Positions 50,761 through 61,239 of a stretch of DNA of 64,000 bases are shown in pieces. The notes below the pieces were generated by a model. The model made no database searches. It saw only the letters and a program-made list of their open reading frames with translations, and was not told the origin of the DNA. The number at the start of each line of letters is the position of its first letter. Positions within the stretch are counted from its first letter, which is position 1. A program made the position numbers and the translations under genes. This stretch comes from Azoarcus sp. (GTDB lineage: Bacteria; Pseudomonadota; Gammaproteobacteria; Burkholderiales; Rhodocyclaceae), in NCBI GenBank assembly GCA_031289095.1, contig JAITQD010000116.1:7359-71358 (forward strand), given 5' to 3'.

Positions 50761-51660
50761 TCAGAAGTTTTCTGCCTGCTTTCGTTCTGCCGCATCCCGC
50801 TCACCCCACTGGGTGCGCGCCTGCCTCGCTTCCTCAAAAAGCAGTTCGAGACGCTCGCCATTGCTGGAAAGCAGCAGGGAGCGAATCAGCGCGAGTTCGC
50901 CCAGATATTGATCCAGTTCGCCCAGCAACGCCTGCCGGTTGGCGACGCAAATGTCGCGCCACATCTCGGGATGGCTCCCGGCGATGCGGGTAAAGTCGCG
51001 GAAACCGCTGGCGGCGTGGGAAAACAGCAGTTCGGCATTGGCGCGGCCAGCCAGGTCGTGCACCAGTCCAAAAGCAAGCAGGTGCGGCAAGTGGCTGACG
51101 GCGGCGAAAACACGGTCGTGATCCTGCGGCGACATGTCGACCACCGCTGCGCCGCAAATTCGCCATGCTTCCCGCACTCGTTCGACGGCGGCAGGGTCGT
51201 TCTCCGGCAGCGGCGTAATCACCGTGCGCTTGCCCCGAAAGAGCGCAGCGCTGGCGGCTTCCACCCCGCTTTTCTCTGCGCCGGCTATTGGGTGTGCGGG
51301 CACGATCCGCGCCAGGTGGGCGTCGAGCCGCTGATAGGTGGCGGCGATTACGCCGCCCTTGGTGCTGCCGACATCGGAAACGACGGTACGCCCTTGCAGA
51401 TGCGGAGCCATGGCGGTCATGATCGTGTCGATCTGGCCAACCGGCGTCGCCAGCAGCACATGATCGGCATCGGCAAGCGCCGTCGCCCAGTCGGTGGCGA
51501 TTTCGTCGATCACGCCGAGCGTGCGCGCACGATTGAGCGCGGCGCGCGAGCGGCCCATGCCGACCACATGCTCAACTTCACCTTTCTCGCGCAACGCCAA
51601 GGCAAAGGAACCGCCGATGAGGCCGACGCCGCAGACCACCAGTTTGCCGATCAGCGCCAT
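50761..51660 (-). CDS. tyrA: Prephenate/arogenate dehydrogenase
   Basis: NAD-binding GVGLIGGS and a prephenate dehydrogenase core. ATG 51660 lies inside the longer ORF 50761..52095. Confidence 0.85.
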   Translation of the reverse strand: MALIGKLVVCGVGLIGGSFALALREKGEVEHVVGMGRSRAALNRARTLGVIDEIATDWATALADADHVLLATPVGQIDTIMTAMAPHLQGRTVVSDVGSTKGGVIAATYQRLDAHLARIVPAHPIAGAEKSGVEAASAALFRGKRTVITPLPENDPAAVERVREAWRICGAAVVDMSPQDHDRVFAAVSHLPHLLAFGLVHDLAGRANAELLFSHAASGFRDFTRIAGSHPEMWRDICVANRQALLGELDQYLGELALIRSLLLSSNGERLELLFEEARQARTQWGERDAAERKQAENF

Positions 51661-51674
51661 GGACGTTCCCGGCC

Positions 51675-52772
51675 TCAAGTCAGGGCGCGGCGCAATGCCG
51701 CAATGAAACGCACGTTCTCGGCGGGCAGGCCGATCGACACCCGCAGCCATTCGGGCAGGCCATAGCCGGCGATGGGGCGCACGATGACGCCTTGATCGAG
51801 CAGGGCGCGATTCACCTGCGCGCCGTCGCCGACCCTGACGGTGACGAAGTTGCCGAAAGAGGGAATCCACTCCAGCCCCAGTTCGATGAAAGCGGCGGTC
51901 AGTTGCGCCATGCCCTGCCGGTTGTTTTCGGCGACCTTGCGCACGAAATCCCCGTCCTCCAGCGCCGCGACCGCCGCCGCCTGCGCCACAACCGAGGCGT
52001 TGAACGGCTGCCGCACCCGGTTCATCAGGCCGGCCACGTCCGGGTGCGCGACGGCGTAACCCAGCCGCAGACCTGCAAGTCCATACGCCTTGCAAAGCGT
52101 GCGCGACACCAGGAGATTGGGAAAGCGCGCCACCCAGGCGATGGCGTCGTAACGTTTTTCCGTCGGCAGGAATTCGGTGTAGGCCTCGTCGAGCACCACC
52201 AGCACATCCTGCGGCACGCGGGCGAGGAAGGCCTCGATCTCACCGCCTGACAGGAAAGTGCCGGTCGGGTTGTTGGGGTTGGCGATAAAAACGATGCGGG
52301 TGGCGTCGTCGATGGCCGCCGCCATCGCGTCGAGGTCGTGCCCGTAATGCTTCGCTGGCGTCTGGATGCAGCGCCCGCCGCGCGCCAGGGTCGCCAGCGG
52401 ATAGACCGCAAACGAATATTGCGCGAACACCGTCGCGTCGCCGGGCGAGAGGAAGGTTTGCGTGGCGATTTCCAGCACGTCGTTGGAGCCGTTGCCGATC
52501 ACCAGTTGCGATATATCCACCCCGTATTTTTTCGCCAGCGCCGCCTTGAGCGCATAGGCGTTGCCATCCGGGTAGCGCGCGCCTTCTTCCAGCGCCGCCG
52601 CGGCTGCTTCTCTTGCTTTCGGACTCATGCCAAAAGGATTTTCGTTGGAAGCGAGCTTGACGATATTGGCTTCGGGAATCCCTGTTTCGCGCGCCAGTTC
52701 CGAAACCGGCTTGCCCGGCTGGTACGGAGACAGGGAACGGATATGCGCGGGGGCGCGGCTGGCGACGCTCAT
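51675..52772 (-). CDS. hisC: Histidinol-phosphate/aromatic aminotransferase (HisC2 type, tyrA-linked)
   Basis: LASNENPFG and the PLP-lysine context TLCKAYGLAGLRLGY. GGAG SD precedes ATG 52772. Confidence 0.85.
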   Translation of the reverse strand: MSVASRAPAHIRSLSPYQPGKPVSELARETGIPEANIVKLASNENPFGMSPKAREAAAAALEEGARYPDGNAYALKAALAKKYGVDISQLVIGNGSNDVLEIATQTFLSPGDATVFAQYSFAVYPLATLARGGRCIQTPAKHYGHDLDAMAAAIDDATRIVFIANPNNPTGTFLSGGEIEAFLARVPQDVLVVLDEAYTEFLPTEKRYDAIAWVARFPNLLVSRTLCKAYGLAGLRLGYAVAHPDVAGLMNRVRQPFNASVVAQAAAVAALEDGDFVRKVAENNRQGMAQLTAAFIELGLEWIPSFGNFVTVRVGDGAQVNRALLDQGVIVRPIAGYGLPEWLRVSIGLPAENVRFIAALRRALT

Positions 52773-53211
52773 CGGAAATCTCCATGTCGATCCGGCCCTC
52801 GCTCCGCGACGGGACACGAGAGCATCCACATCATGGTGAAACGCCGACAAAGCGCCTGTGACCCGAAATGGCGCGGGGGAAAGCTGGAATTCTAACACGT
52901 GGGGGAAAAGCGGAAATGGACGAATGCCTCATCGTAGGCTGCCCGTTTTTTTCAAAAAAGTTCTCACCATCCTGCTCTCTGTTATCACAACAAGCGCGCT
53001 TGAATGAGTAAAAGAGTGGAGGAGGAGAAAACGGAAATAATGATTGCCATATCCCAGAAGTCTTTTGTAGGTTTCTTTCGCCGGACTGTTTATACCAACG
53101 CTAAACCAAAATGTATCATGACGTCTCCAGTTATTGCTGCGCCAGCAGAAAGGCTGGCGTCTTTCCCTAGGGTGCGAAGCCGCAATGTTGCCGTCCGCCC
53201 GTTCCGCCATC

Positions 53212-54897
53212 TCACGCGAGCCGTTTTTCGCGCGCTTCCGCGCCAAGCCGATTGACGCCGCTCACCAAAGCGCGAATCGACGCGGTGACGATGTTTTCAT
53301 CGACGCCGACGCCGTAGCGGCTGGAACCGCCGCCCGCGCCTGCCAGTTCGAGAAAGGCGCAGGCTTGGGCCTCACCGCTCTGGCTGGCGGAAATCGACTG
53401 CTCCCCGAAACTGCGCACCTGTACGGCGATATCGGCCTGACGCAAGGCGTGCACGGCGGCGTCGATGGGGCCGTTGCCTTGCCCGGCAAGGGTGCGGCGC
53501 TCACCGTCGACGTCGACGGTGAGTTCGATGCCTTGCTGGCTTCCCTGCTCGCGCAGATGGTGTTCGACGTAGCGCACCGGCGATTGCGGCTCAAAATAGG
53601 TGCGGGAAAAAAGCCGCCAGATTGCCTCGGCGCTCATCTCGCCGCTGGCTTCGGTTTCGTGCTGCACCTCGCGCGAAAACTCTACTTGCAGACGGCGGGG
53701 CATGGCAATGCCATAGCGGGTTTGCAGTAGCCAGGCGATGCCGCCCTTGCCGGACTGGCTGTTGACACGGATGACCGAGTCGTAATTGCGCCCGATGTCG
53801 GCAGGGTCGATGGTCAGGTAGGGTAACGCCCAGGGTGCGCCGGGCTTCTGCACCGCAAAACCTTTTCTGATCGCATCCTGGTGCGAGCCGGAAAAGGCGG
53901 TGAAAACGAGATCGCCGGCATAGGGATGACGAGGATGGATCGGCATGCCCGTGCATTGCTCGAAAGTGCGCGCCACGGTGTCGATATCCGAGAAATCGAG
54001 CCCCGGCGAAACACCCTGGGTGTAGAGATTGAGCGCGAGGGTGACAAGATCGACGTTGCCGGTGCGCTCGCCGTTGCCGAACAGGCAGCCCTCAATGCGG
54101 TCGGCCCCGGCCATGAGCCCCAGTTCGGCGGCGGCGACGCCGGTGCCGCGGTCGTTGTGGGGGTGCAGCGAAAGAATAACGCTGTCGCGGCGGGCGAGAT
54201 GGCGGTGCATCCACTCGATCTGGTCGGCGTAATGGTTGGGCGTGGCAAGCTCGACGGTGGCCGGCAGGTTGAGGATGACCTTGTTTTCCGGCGTGGCGCC
54301 CCAGGTTGCGGTGACGACATCGCACACCTCGCAGGCGAATTCCAGTTCGGTGGCGGAGAACGTTTCCGGGCTGTATTCGAGCACGATTTCGGTGTCGGGC
54401 ATGGCGTCGGCCAACTGGCGGATGCGGGCAACCGCCGAGGACGCGAGCTTGACGATTTCGGGCTGAGTCATGCCGAACACGACTTCGCGGAAGGTGGGCG
54501 AGGTGGCGTTATAGACGTGGACGATGGCGCGGCGCGCGCCTTTGAGCGCCTCCAGCGTGCGGATAATGATTTCGTCGCGCGCCTGCGTGAGCACTTCAAT
54601 GGTGACGTCGGGCGGAATGTGGCCGCCTTCGATGAGGTGGCGCACGAAATCGAATTCGGTTTGCGATGCGGCGGGAAAACCGATCTCGATTTCCTTGAAG
54701 CCGATCGCGCACAAGGCGTGGAACATGCGCATTTTGCGCGCCACGTCCATCGGTTCAAACAGCGCCTGGTTGCCGTCGCGCAGGTCGGTGGTCATCCAGA
54801 CCGGGGCCCGCTCAATGGCGCGATCCGGCCATTGCCGGTCGGTGAGACGGACGGGGGAAAAGGGGCGGTATTTGGCGGCGGGATGGGAGAGCATCAT
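53212..54897 (-). CDS. leuA: 2-isopropylmalate synthase (long, LeuA type 2)
   Basis: KYRPFSPVRLTDRQWPDR...DLRDGNQ motif. Start taken at MMLSHP; the in-frame upstream extension is treated as UTR. Confidence 0.9.
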   Translation of the reverse strand: MMLSHPAAKYRPFSPVRLTDRQWPDRAIERAPVWMTTDLRDGNQALFEPMDVARKMRMFHALCAIGFKEIEIGFPAASQTEFDFVRHLIEGGHIPPDVTIEVLTQARDEIIIRTLEALKGARRAIVHVYNATSPTFREVVFGMTQPEIVKLASSAVARIRQLADAMPDTEIVLEYSPETFSATELEFACEVCDVVTATWGATPENKVILNLPATVELATPNHYADQIEWMHRHLARRDSVILSLHPHNDRGTGVAAAELGLMAGADRIEGCLFGNGERTGNVDLVTLALNLYTQGVSPGLDFSDIDTVARTFEQCTGMPIHPRHPYAGDLVFTAFSGSHQDAIRKGFAVQKPGAPWALPYLTIDPADIGRNYDSVIRVNSQSGKGGIAWLLQTRYGIAMPRRLQVEFSREVQHETEASGEMSAEAIWRLFSRTYFEPQSPVRYVEHHLREQGSQQGIELTVDVDGERRTLAGQGNGPIDAAVHALRQADIAVQVRSFGEQSISASQSGEAQACAFLELAGAGGGSSRYGVGVDENIVTASIRALVSGVNRLGAEAREKRLA

Positions 54898-55373
54898 GTT
54901 TGAAAATCCTTGCGGGGCTGATTGCTTGTGCCGGAAACCTTTTCGCGGGGAACGGGCTTGTTGCCCGCTCCCGCGTTCGGCCATCGTTCGGTAAGGAGGG
55001 TTCGGGAATATCCGGGGGGCTGGGGGCGCGGAAAGCTTGTGGCTTTGCAGCTTCGCCAACGCGCTCGTGGCGCGGCTGACGATGAACGCCATATTACGCG
55101 GCGACCCTCGGCAGAAGATTGCAAAGTTTGATGTTTTTGGTTTGCTTGCGAAATATTATTTCTCTATTAAACGTTTTATTAGAATAATTTGCCGTTCCGT
55201 GATAAAAGGCAGCCGCAGCAAAACACCGGGCAAGCGCCTCTGGCATTGGGGCAGGGGTGGGAAAGAAGTGTCATCGCCTTGGCGGATGCTGGCGGCAGTT
55301 CTGAACTGAAGCCAATTTACCGTCCTGAAAGCCGCTTGGTTTACCATGTCGCCCTTTACCGGAGACACCCCCT

Positions 55374-55553
55374 ATGCGCGCGACGATTGCCCTGACGGTG
55401 CTTGCCGGCACCCTGTTCCTGTCGGCATGCGGTATCAAGGGGCCGCTTTTTCTCCCTCCCGTCCCCGAGGAAGATCGGACGGTCGTCCCGGTGGAAAACG
55501 GCGATCACGGCGAAGCCGCAACAACCATGTCCGACGACGCCTCCCAGCCATGA
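55374..55553 (+). CDS. lptM: Small lipoprotein LptM/YifL family (59 aa; not on the ORF track)
   Basis: MRATIALTVLAGTLFLSACGIKGPLFLPP, giving lipobox LSAC and the CG.KGPL.LP signature. Its stop overlaps the lysA ATG (ATGA). Confidence 0.7.
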   Translation: MRATIALTVLAGTLFLSACGIKGPLFLPPVPEEDRTVVPVENGDHGEAATTMSDDASQP

Positions 55554-56818
55554 GCACGACCCCGTCCCTGTCGCCCTTTTCCCAGGGGCCGCGCGGCCTG
55601 ACCCTCGAAGGGGTTGCCCTTGCCGACATCGCCGCGCGTTTCGGCACGCCCACGTACGTTTATTCGCGGGCGGCGCTCGTCGCCGCTTTTGACGCTTACC
55701 GCCACGCACTCGGCGAGCGTCCGGCGCTGGTGTGTTGCGCGGTCAAGGCCAATTCCAACCTCGGGGTGCTGTCGGTGTTCGCCGCGCTCGACGCGGGGTT
55801 CGACATCGTTTCGGGCGGCGAGCTGGCGCGCGTGCTTGCGGCGGGTGGACGCGCCGATCGTGTGGTGTTCTCGGGTACGGGCAAGAGCCGCGCCGAAATG
55901 CGGCAGGCGCTCGCCGCCGGCATCCACTGTTTCAACGTCGAATCCGCCGCCGAACTCGACAGGCTCGACGAAGTCGCTGCCGCACTGGGGACGACGGCTC
56001 CCGTCGCCCTGCGCGTCAATCCGGACGTCGATCCCGGGACGCATCCCTATATTTCCACCGGCCTCAAGAGCAACAAGTTCGGGGTGGCGTTTTCCGGAGC
56101 GCTGGCGCTCTACCGGCGCGCCGCCGCCTTGCCGAACCTGCGCGTTTGCGGCATTGCCTGCCACATCGGTTCGCAGTTGCTCGATCCCGCGCCAGTCGTC
56201 GAAGCCGCCGGAAAGGTGCTTGGCCTCGTCGACCGGCTTGCGGCGGAAGGCATCCATCTCGACCACATTGACCTTGGCGGCGGGCTGGGCATCCGCTACC
56301 GGGACGAAACACCGCCCACGGTCGCAGCCTATCTCGCCCCGCTCCTCGAATTGTTCAAGGGACGCACCGAGGCGCTGTGCTTCGAGCCGGGCCGCTCGCT
56401 CACTGGAAACGCAGGCCTGCTGTTGACCCGGATCGAATACCTGAAGCCGGGGGAAGAAAAGAATTTCGCCATCGTCGATGCGGCGATGAACGACCTTGCC
56501 CGCCCGGCGCTCTACGACGCCTGGCACGACGCGGTGGCCGTCATGGCGCGCGACCTGCCGCCACAATGCTACGACGTCGTGGGCCCGATTTGCGAGAGCG
56601 GCGATTTTCTCGCGCGCGAACGCAATCTCGCCGTCGAGGAAGGCGATCTGCTTGCATTGCTGTCGGCGGGTGCTTATGGCATGAGCATGAGTTCAAACTA
56701 CAACTCGCGTCCGCGCGCCGCCGAGGTCATTGTCGATGGCGACAGCGTCCATCTCGTGCGAGAGAGAGAAACAGTCGAATCGCTCTATGCGCTGGAAAAG
56801 CCGCTGGCGCGGGAATAG
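55550..56818 (+). CDS. lysA: Diaminopimelate decarboxylase
   Basis: PLP site CAVKANSN and a CESGD motif. Confidence 0.95.
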   Translation: MSTTPSLSPFSQGPRGLTLEGVALADIAARFGTPTYVYSRAALVAAFDAYRHALGERPALVCCAVKANSNLGVLSVFAALDAGFDIVSGGELARVLAAGGRADRVVFSGTGKSRAEMRQALAAGIHCFNVESAAELDRLDEVAAALGTTAPVALRVNPDVDPGTHPYISTGLKSNKFGVAFSGALALYRRAAALPNLRVCGIACHIGSQLLDPAPVVEAAGKVLGLVDRLAAEGIHLDHIDLGGGLGIRYRDETPPTVAAYLAPLLELFKGRTEALCFEPGRSLTGNAGLLLTRIEYLKPGEEKNFAIVDAAMNDLARPALYDAWHDAVAVMARDLPPQCYDVVGPICESGDFLARERNLAVEEGDLLALLSAGAYGMSMSSNYNSRPRAAEVIVDGDSVHLVRERETVESLYALEKPLARE

Positions 56819-56829
56819 ACCGAACCGTT

Positions 56830-57165
56830 TCAGGTGTCCGCCGGTTCCTGCGCGGCGTCGGCCAAGGCGCGCCCGAACGTCCTCCACACCCCCATTTCCG
56901 GCACCTGAACGCCTGCCAGGGCGCTTTGCCGCATGATGTCGAGCATCAGTTCCGAGAGCGCGAAAAGCTCGCCCCTGGCTTTCATGCTCCCGTCGCTGGC
57001 GTGCAGCATGGCGAGACGTTGTTCGGAGGTGCAGCCCAGGGCTTCACGAGCCAGGGCGCGCACCTGGGCAGGATCAGACCAGTCCAGCCCGATCAGGACG
57101 CCCCGGGTGACGATCTCGTCTTCAAGCTCCAGCGCGGTACGCTCATAATGCCCAAAACCACTCAT
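56830..57165 (-). CDS. Hypothetical protein (111 aa)
   Basis: ORF from ATG 57165, convergent with lysA. No family recognised. Confidence 0.45.
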   Translation of the reverse strand: MSGFGHYERTALELEDEIVTRGVLIGLDWSDPAQVRALAREALGCTSEQRLAMLHASDGSMKARGELFALSELMLDIMRQSALAGVQVPEMGVWRTFGRALADAAQEPADT

Positions 57166-57254
57166 TGAATTCTCCACGAATGAAGGCACGAACAACCATG
57201 CCATCAAGTTATAGTGCAGCGCATCATACGTTACCATCGTCATGGTTGCCGCGA

Positions 57255-58718
57255 ATGTCGTTTCGGTCACGTCGCTACGTACTTGCTTTTGTCCTGGGCG
57301 TGGTCGCCGCGCTGGGCGTGCACGCCGCCCCCGGCGCAAAGCTGCCGCCCGTTGTAGACGTGGCGCTCCAGCGCGCCCGCATTCCGGTGAGCGCGGTGTC
57401 GATATGGGTTCAACCCGTGGACGCGGCGCAGCCGACGCTGGCGATCAACGCCGGGCAGCCCATGAATCCGGCCTCGGTGATGAAGATCGTCACCACGTTC
57501 GCGGTGCTGGAACAGCTCGGCCCGGAACGGAGCTGGAAAACGCGCCTCGCCGCCAGCGGGCCGATCCAGGACGGCGTTCTCGGCGGCGACCTCTACCTGA
57601 TCGGCGACGGCGACCCCGTTCTGACCTACGAACGCCTCTGGCGTCTGCTGCGCCGCCTGCGCATGCTGGGACTCACCACTATTTCAGGCGACATCGTGCT
57701 CGACGGCTCCGCGCTCGTTCTGCCCGCGCACGATCCCTACGCCTTCGACGGACGAGGATTGCGGCCCTACAACAGCAACGGCGACGGCCTGCTGATGCAC
57801 TTCAATACCCAGGAACTGGCCCTCTTTCCCGGCAATCCGCCGCAAGACCCGGTGCGGCTGGTCGAGGAGCCGCCCCTGGCGGGCGTCGTCATCGACAACC
57901 AGATCGTGACTTCCGGCAAGGCTTGCGAACCATGGTATCGAGACCTCGACGCCCATTCCGAAGGCGGACGGTTGGTGCTTACCGGCAGCCTGCCCGCCAG
58001 TTGCGGGCCGCGCATCTGGGCCACGTCGCCACTGGCGCCGCCCGATTTCGATGCGGCGCTGGTGCAAGCGCTCTGGCGGGAACTGGGCGGCGTCGTACGC
58101 GGCAAGGTGCGCAGCGGCATCGCGCCCCAAGAGGTGCAAACCCTGTTCGCCGACGAGTCGCCGCCGCTCGCAGAGATTGTGCGCACCATGAACAAATGGT
58201 CGAACAACGTGATCGCGCGTCAACTGCTGGCCCAGTTGGGCCGGGATACTCCCGCGCCCGCCGATTCGATGAGCGCGGGCGTCGAAGCGGCCCGCCAGCG
58301 TCTGACCGAGGCCAGCATCGACGTCTCCGGACTGGTCATCGTCAATGGCGCCGGGCTGTCCCGCGACGCCCGCATCCGCGCCGACAGCCTCGGCGCCTTG
58401 CTGATCCGCGCCTGGAATCGTCCCTGGATGCCGGAATTCGTCGCCTCGCTTCCCGTGGCCGGGCGCGACGGCACCACCCGCCGCCGCCTCACAGACAGCC
58501 CGGCGCGCGGTTACGCCCACCTGAAGACCGGCACCATCAACGACGTAAAAGCCATCGCTGGCTACGTGCTCGACCAGTATGGCCGCCGTCACGCGCTGGT
58601 GATGATGGTGAACCACCCCGCCGCCGTCGATTCCGGCAAGGCGCAGGATGCGCTGGTCGAATGGGTGTGGGCGTCGCCTGCACGTATTCCGGCAAACGAC
58701 AGATCTGTCAGCAAGTAG
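57255..58718 (+). CDS. dacB: D-alanyl-D-alanine carboxypeptidase/endopeptidase (PBP4 family)
   Basis: Signal peptide, SxxK motif (PASVMKI), and C-terminal KTGTINDVKAIAGY. Confidence 0.85.
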   Translation: MSFRSRRYVLAFVLGVVAALGVHAAPGAKLPPVVDVALQRARIPVSAVSIWVQPVDAAQPTLAINAGQPMNPASVMKIVTTFAVLEQLGPERSWKTRLAASGPIQDGVLGGDLYLIGDGDPVLTYERLWRLLRRLRMLGLTTISGDIVLDGSALVLPAHDPYAFDGRGLRPYNSNGDGLLMHFNTQELALFPGNPPQDPVRLVEEPPLAGVVIDNQIVTSGKACEPWYRDLDAHSEGGRLVLTGSLPASCGPRIWATSPLAPPDFDAALVQALWRELGGVVRGKVRSGIAPQEVQTLFADESPPLAEIVRTMNKWSNNVIARQLLAQLGRDTPAPADSMSAGVEAARQRLTEASIDVSGLVIVNGAGLSRDARIRADSLGALLIRAWNRPWMPEFVASLPVAGRDGTTRRRLTDSPARGYAHLKTGTINDVKAIAGYVLDQYGRRHALVMMVNHPAAVDSGKAQDALVEWVWASPARIPANDRSVSK

Positions 58719-58742
58719 GGAAATTGCCGTTTCGGGGGATGT

Positions 58743-59246
58743 TTACCGTTTCGCCCGCAACAGGTAAGGAACGCCCTGGATGCCCAGCCGTTCCCCGATC
58801 GCCAGGTTCAAGGCCAGTGCGCCCGTGTCGCAATCTCCGTTACCGGGGGGTATCTGGCGTTTCAGCATCCAGCCGTTCCAGGCCGCGCTCCGGTCTTGTG
58901 CGCACCAGATCTGGCGCGATTTCAAGTCCGAATCTTCGGACAGGATGGGAAGCAGGAAGGTGTAGATGGTCACGTTGTCGAGATGGGCCAGTTTTTCGTC
59001 CAGCCTGGTGCAGAACGGGCAGTTGGGGTCTTCAAACGTCACCACGATCAGTTCGCCGTCACCGTGCACCTGCCTGATCGCCTGCTGCAAGGGCAGGTCG
59101 TTGAGGTCGATTTCGCCGTCGGCGCTCTCCAGCACCTCGGCGGCGATCTCGTCCGGCGTCCGGTTGGCCTCGCGGTACAGGGAGTAAAAGACAGCCGCCG
59201 CCACGCACAGGGCCACGAGGCAACCCACGAGTGTTTGCGTTTTCAC
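58743..59246 (-). CDS. DsbC/DsbG-like thioredoxin-fold protein
   Basis: N-terminal anchor and CPFC active site. The GTG start overlaps the hisC stop (GTGA). Confidence 0.65.
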   Translation of the reverse strand: MKTQTLVGCLVALCVAAAVFYSLYREANRTPDEIAAEVLESADGEIDLNDLPLQQAIRQVHGDGELIVVTFEDPNCPFCTRLDEKLAHLDNVTIYTFLLPILSEDSDLKSRQIWCAQDRSAAWNGWMLKRQIPPGNGDCDTGALALNLAIGERLGIQGVPYLLRAKR

Positions 59247-60355
59247 GATTCTGCCTCCGCGCCGGGTTGCGCCGCCGCCGTTCGCAGGATTTCCCGCAGC
59301 GCCGCAAGCAGCGTGGCGCATTGTTCGTCGGTGCCGACGGTGATGCGCACATATTGTTCGATTCTCGCCGCCTTGAAATGGCGCACGACAATGGCGCGCT
59401 GGCGCAGGGCAGCGGCGATGTCGGCGCCGTCACGGCGAGGGTGGTGGGCAAACACAAAGTTGGCCGCCGAGGGCAGGACGTCGAAACCGAGTTCCCGCAA
59501 CCCGGTCACGAGCGCGGCGCGGCTGGCGATCACCTTGCGGCGGCTTTCCTGAAAATAGTCCTCGTCCTCCACTGCGGCAAGGGCACCGGCAAGCGCCAGA
59601 CGGTCGAGCGGATAGGAATTGAAACTGTTCTTGATCCGTTCCAGGCCCGCGATCAGGTCGGGATGCCCGAGGGCGAAGCCGATCCGCAGACCGGCAAGGG
59701 CGCGGCTTTTCGAGAAAGTGTGCACCACCAGCAGGTTGGGATGGCGGTCGATGAGGGCGACAGCGCTCGCTTCGGGGTCGGCGAAGTCGATGTAGGCTTC
59801 ATCGACCAGCACCACGGCCTCCGGGTTGGCGGCGACGATGCGCTCGACCGCCTCGCGCGGCAGCAGACGGCCCGTGGGGGCGTTGGGGTTGGGAAAGACA
59901 ATGGCCCCGGCGCGCTCGTCGGCGCGGGGCAGGTAGTCTTCGACCCGCAGGGTGAAATCGTCGGCGAGCGGAATCTGGCGGAAGGCGATGCCGTAGAGAC
60001 CGCAGTAGACCGGGTAGAAGCTGTAGGTGACATCCGGCATCCACAACGGGCGTTCATGTTTCAGGAGACCGAGAAAAGCGTGCGCAAGCACTTCGTCGGA
60101 ACCGTTGCCGACGAAAACCTGCGCCGGACTCACGTCATGGCGGGCGGCAAGCACGGACTTGAGCGCGCTTGCGTTTGGATCGGGATAAAGACGCAGGCCG
60201 TCGTCGGCGGCGTCCCGGATGGCGGCAAGCACCCTGGGTGAAGGGCCGTAGGGGTTTTCATTGGTGTTGAGCTTGACGAGATTGTCAAACCGGGGCTGCT
60301 CGCCCGGCACGTAAGGAGTCAGGCCATGGGTGACGGCGCTCCAGTAGCGGCTCAT
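59243..60355 (-). CDS. hisC: Histidinol-phosphate aminotransferase
   Basis: [12 protein letters not shown] and [14 protein letters not shown] motifs. Divergent from hisB. Confidence 0.9.
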   Translation of the reverse strand: MSRYWSAVTHGLTPYVPGEQPRFDNLVKLNTNENPYGPSPRVLAAIRDAADDGLRLYPDPNASALKSVLAARHDVSPAQVFVGNGSDEVLAHAFLGLLKHERPLWMPDVTYSFYPVYCGLYGIAFRQIPLADDFTLRVEDYLPRADERAGAIVFPNPNAPTGRLLPREAVERIVAANPEAVVLVDEAYIDFADPEASAVALIDRHPNLLVVHTFSKSRALAGLRIGFALGHPDLIAGLERIKNSFNSYPLDRLALAGALAAVEDEDYFQESRRKVIASRAALVTGLRELGFDVLPSAANFVFAHHPRRDGADIAAALRQRAIVVRHFKAARIEQYVRITVGTDEQCATLLAALREILRTAAAQPGAEAES

Positions 60356-60530
60356 GGGAACACTCCAACGAAAACTACGCAAAAAGAAGGCGCAAAAGCG
60401 CACGGCAATCCGACGACGGCGCGTGGGACGTTGGACGTATTCAAGGCCGGGAAAATCAAATGATTGGAGTAAGGGTCGCCAGCGGCGATGGTATCATGTC
60501 CCGCACTTCCATCCGCTCTCCGAACCGACC

Positions 60531-61118
60531 ATGCGCCAGGCCAGCGTTATCCGCAACACCGCCGAAACCCGCATCTCGGCGCGCATCGACCTCGACGGCA
60601 CGGGACAGGGCAGGCTCGACACTGGGGTGCCCTTTCTCGATCACATGCTCAATCAGGTGACCCGGCATGGCCTCGTCGACCTTGAGGTGCGTTGCGAGGG
60701 CGACATCCATATCGACGACCATCATTCGGTCGAGGACGTCGGCATCGCGCTCGGGCAGGCGTTCGCCAAGGCGCTTGGCGACAAAAAAGGCGTGCGCCGC
60801 TACGGTCATGCCTACGTGCCGCTCGACGAATCGCTCTCCAGGGTCGTGCTCGATCTTTCCGGGCGGCCAGGGCTGTTCTACTGTGTAAATTTCGCCCGCG
60901 AGCGCATCGGCGGCTTCGACGTCGATCTGGCGCGCGAATTTTTCCAGGGTTTTGTCAACCACGCTGGCGTAACGCTGCACATCGACAACCTGCGCGGCGA
61001 CAACGCCCACCACCAGTGTGAGACCATGTTCAAGGCGTTTGGCCGCGCTCTGCGCATGGCCGTCGAGCACGACGAACGCGCCGCAGGCACGGTGCCGTCG
61101 ACCAAGGGGTCTCTCTGA
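60531..61118 (+). CDS. hisB: Imidazoleglycerol-phosphate dehydratase
   Basis: RNTAETRI and [14 protein letters not shown] motifs. Confidence 0.95.
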   Translation: MRQASVIRNTAETRISARIDLDGTGQGRLDTGVPFLDHMLNQVTRHGLVDLEVRCEGDIHIDDHHSVEDVGIALGQAFAKALGDKKGVRRYGHAYVPLDESLSRVVLDLSGRPGLFYCVNFARERIGGFDVDLAREFFQGFVNHAGVTLHIDNLRGDNAHHQCETMFKAFGRALRMAVEHDERAAGTVPSTKGSL

Positions 61119-61239
61119 GGCGCTTTCGGCAACAAAAACACGATTCCACAATCGAACTCTTTTGATGGACTGGACTTCGCGGTGCGCGCGCGGCGTTTTT
61201 GCCGTTTTCCTTTTTCCTTTTTCCTGACAGGCAGACACG

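Noticed and set aside
52929-53255. Two overlapping ORFs (105 aa minus, 83 aa plus) in the leuA/hisC2 spacer
   Set aside because: They are mutually antisense, have odd composition, no SD and no family resemblance. Kept only as part of the unexplained-spacer finding.
54898-55373. Search for a Leu-rich leader peptide or attenuator upstream of leuA
   Set aside because: No Leu-codon run in any frame. The 10-bp hairpin at 54948-54972 has no U-tract on the leuA strand. Nothing supportable.
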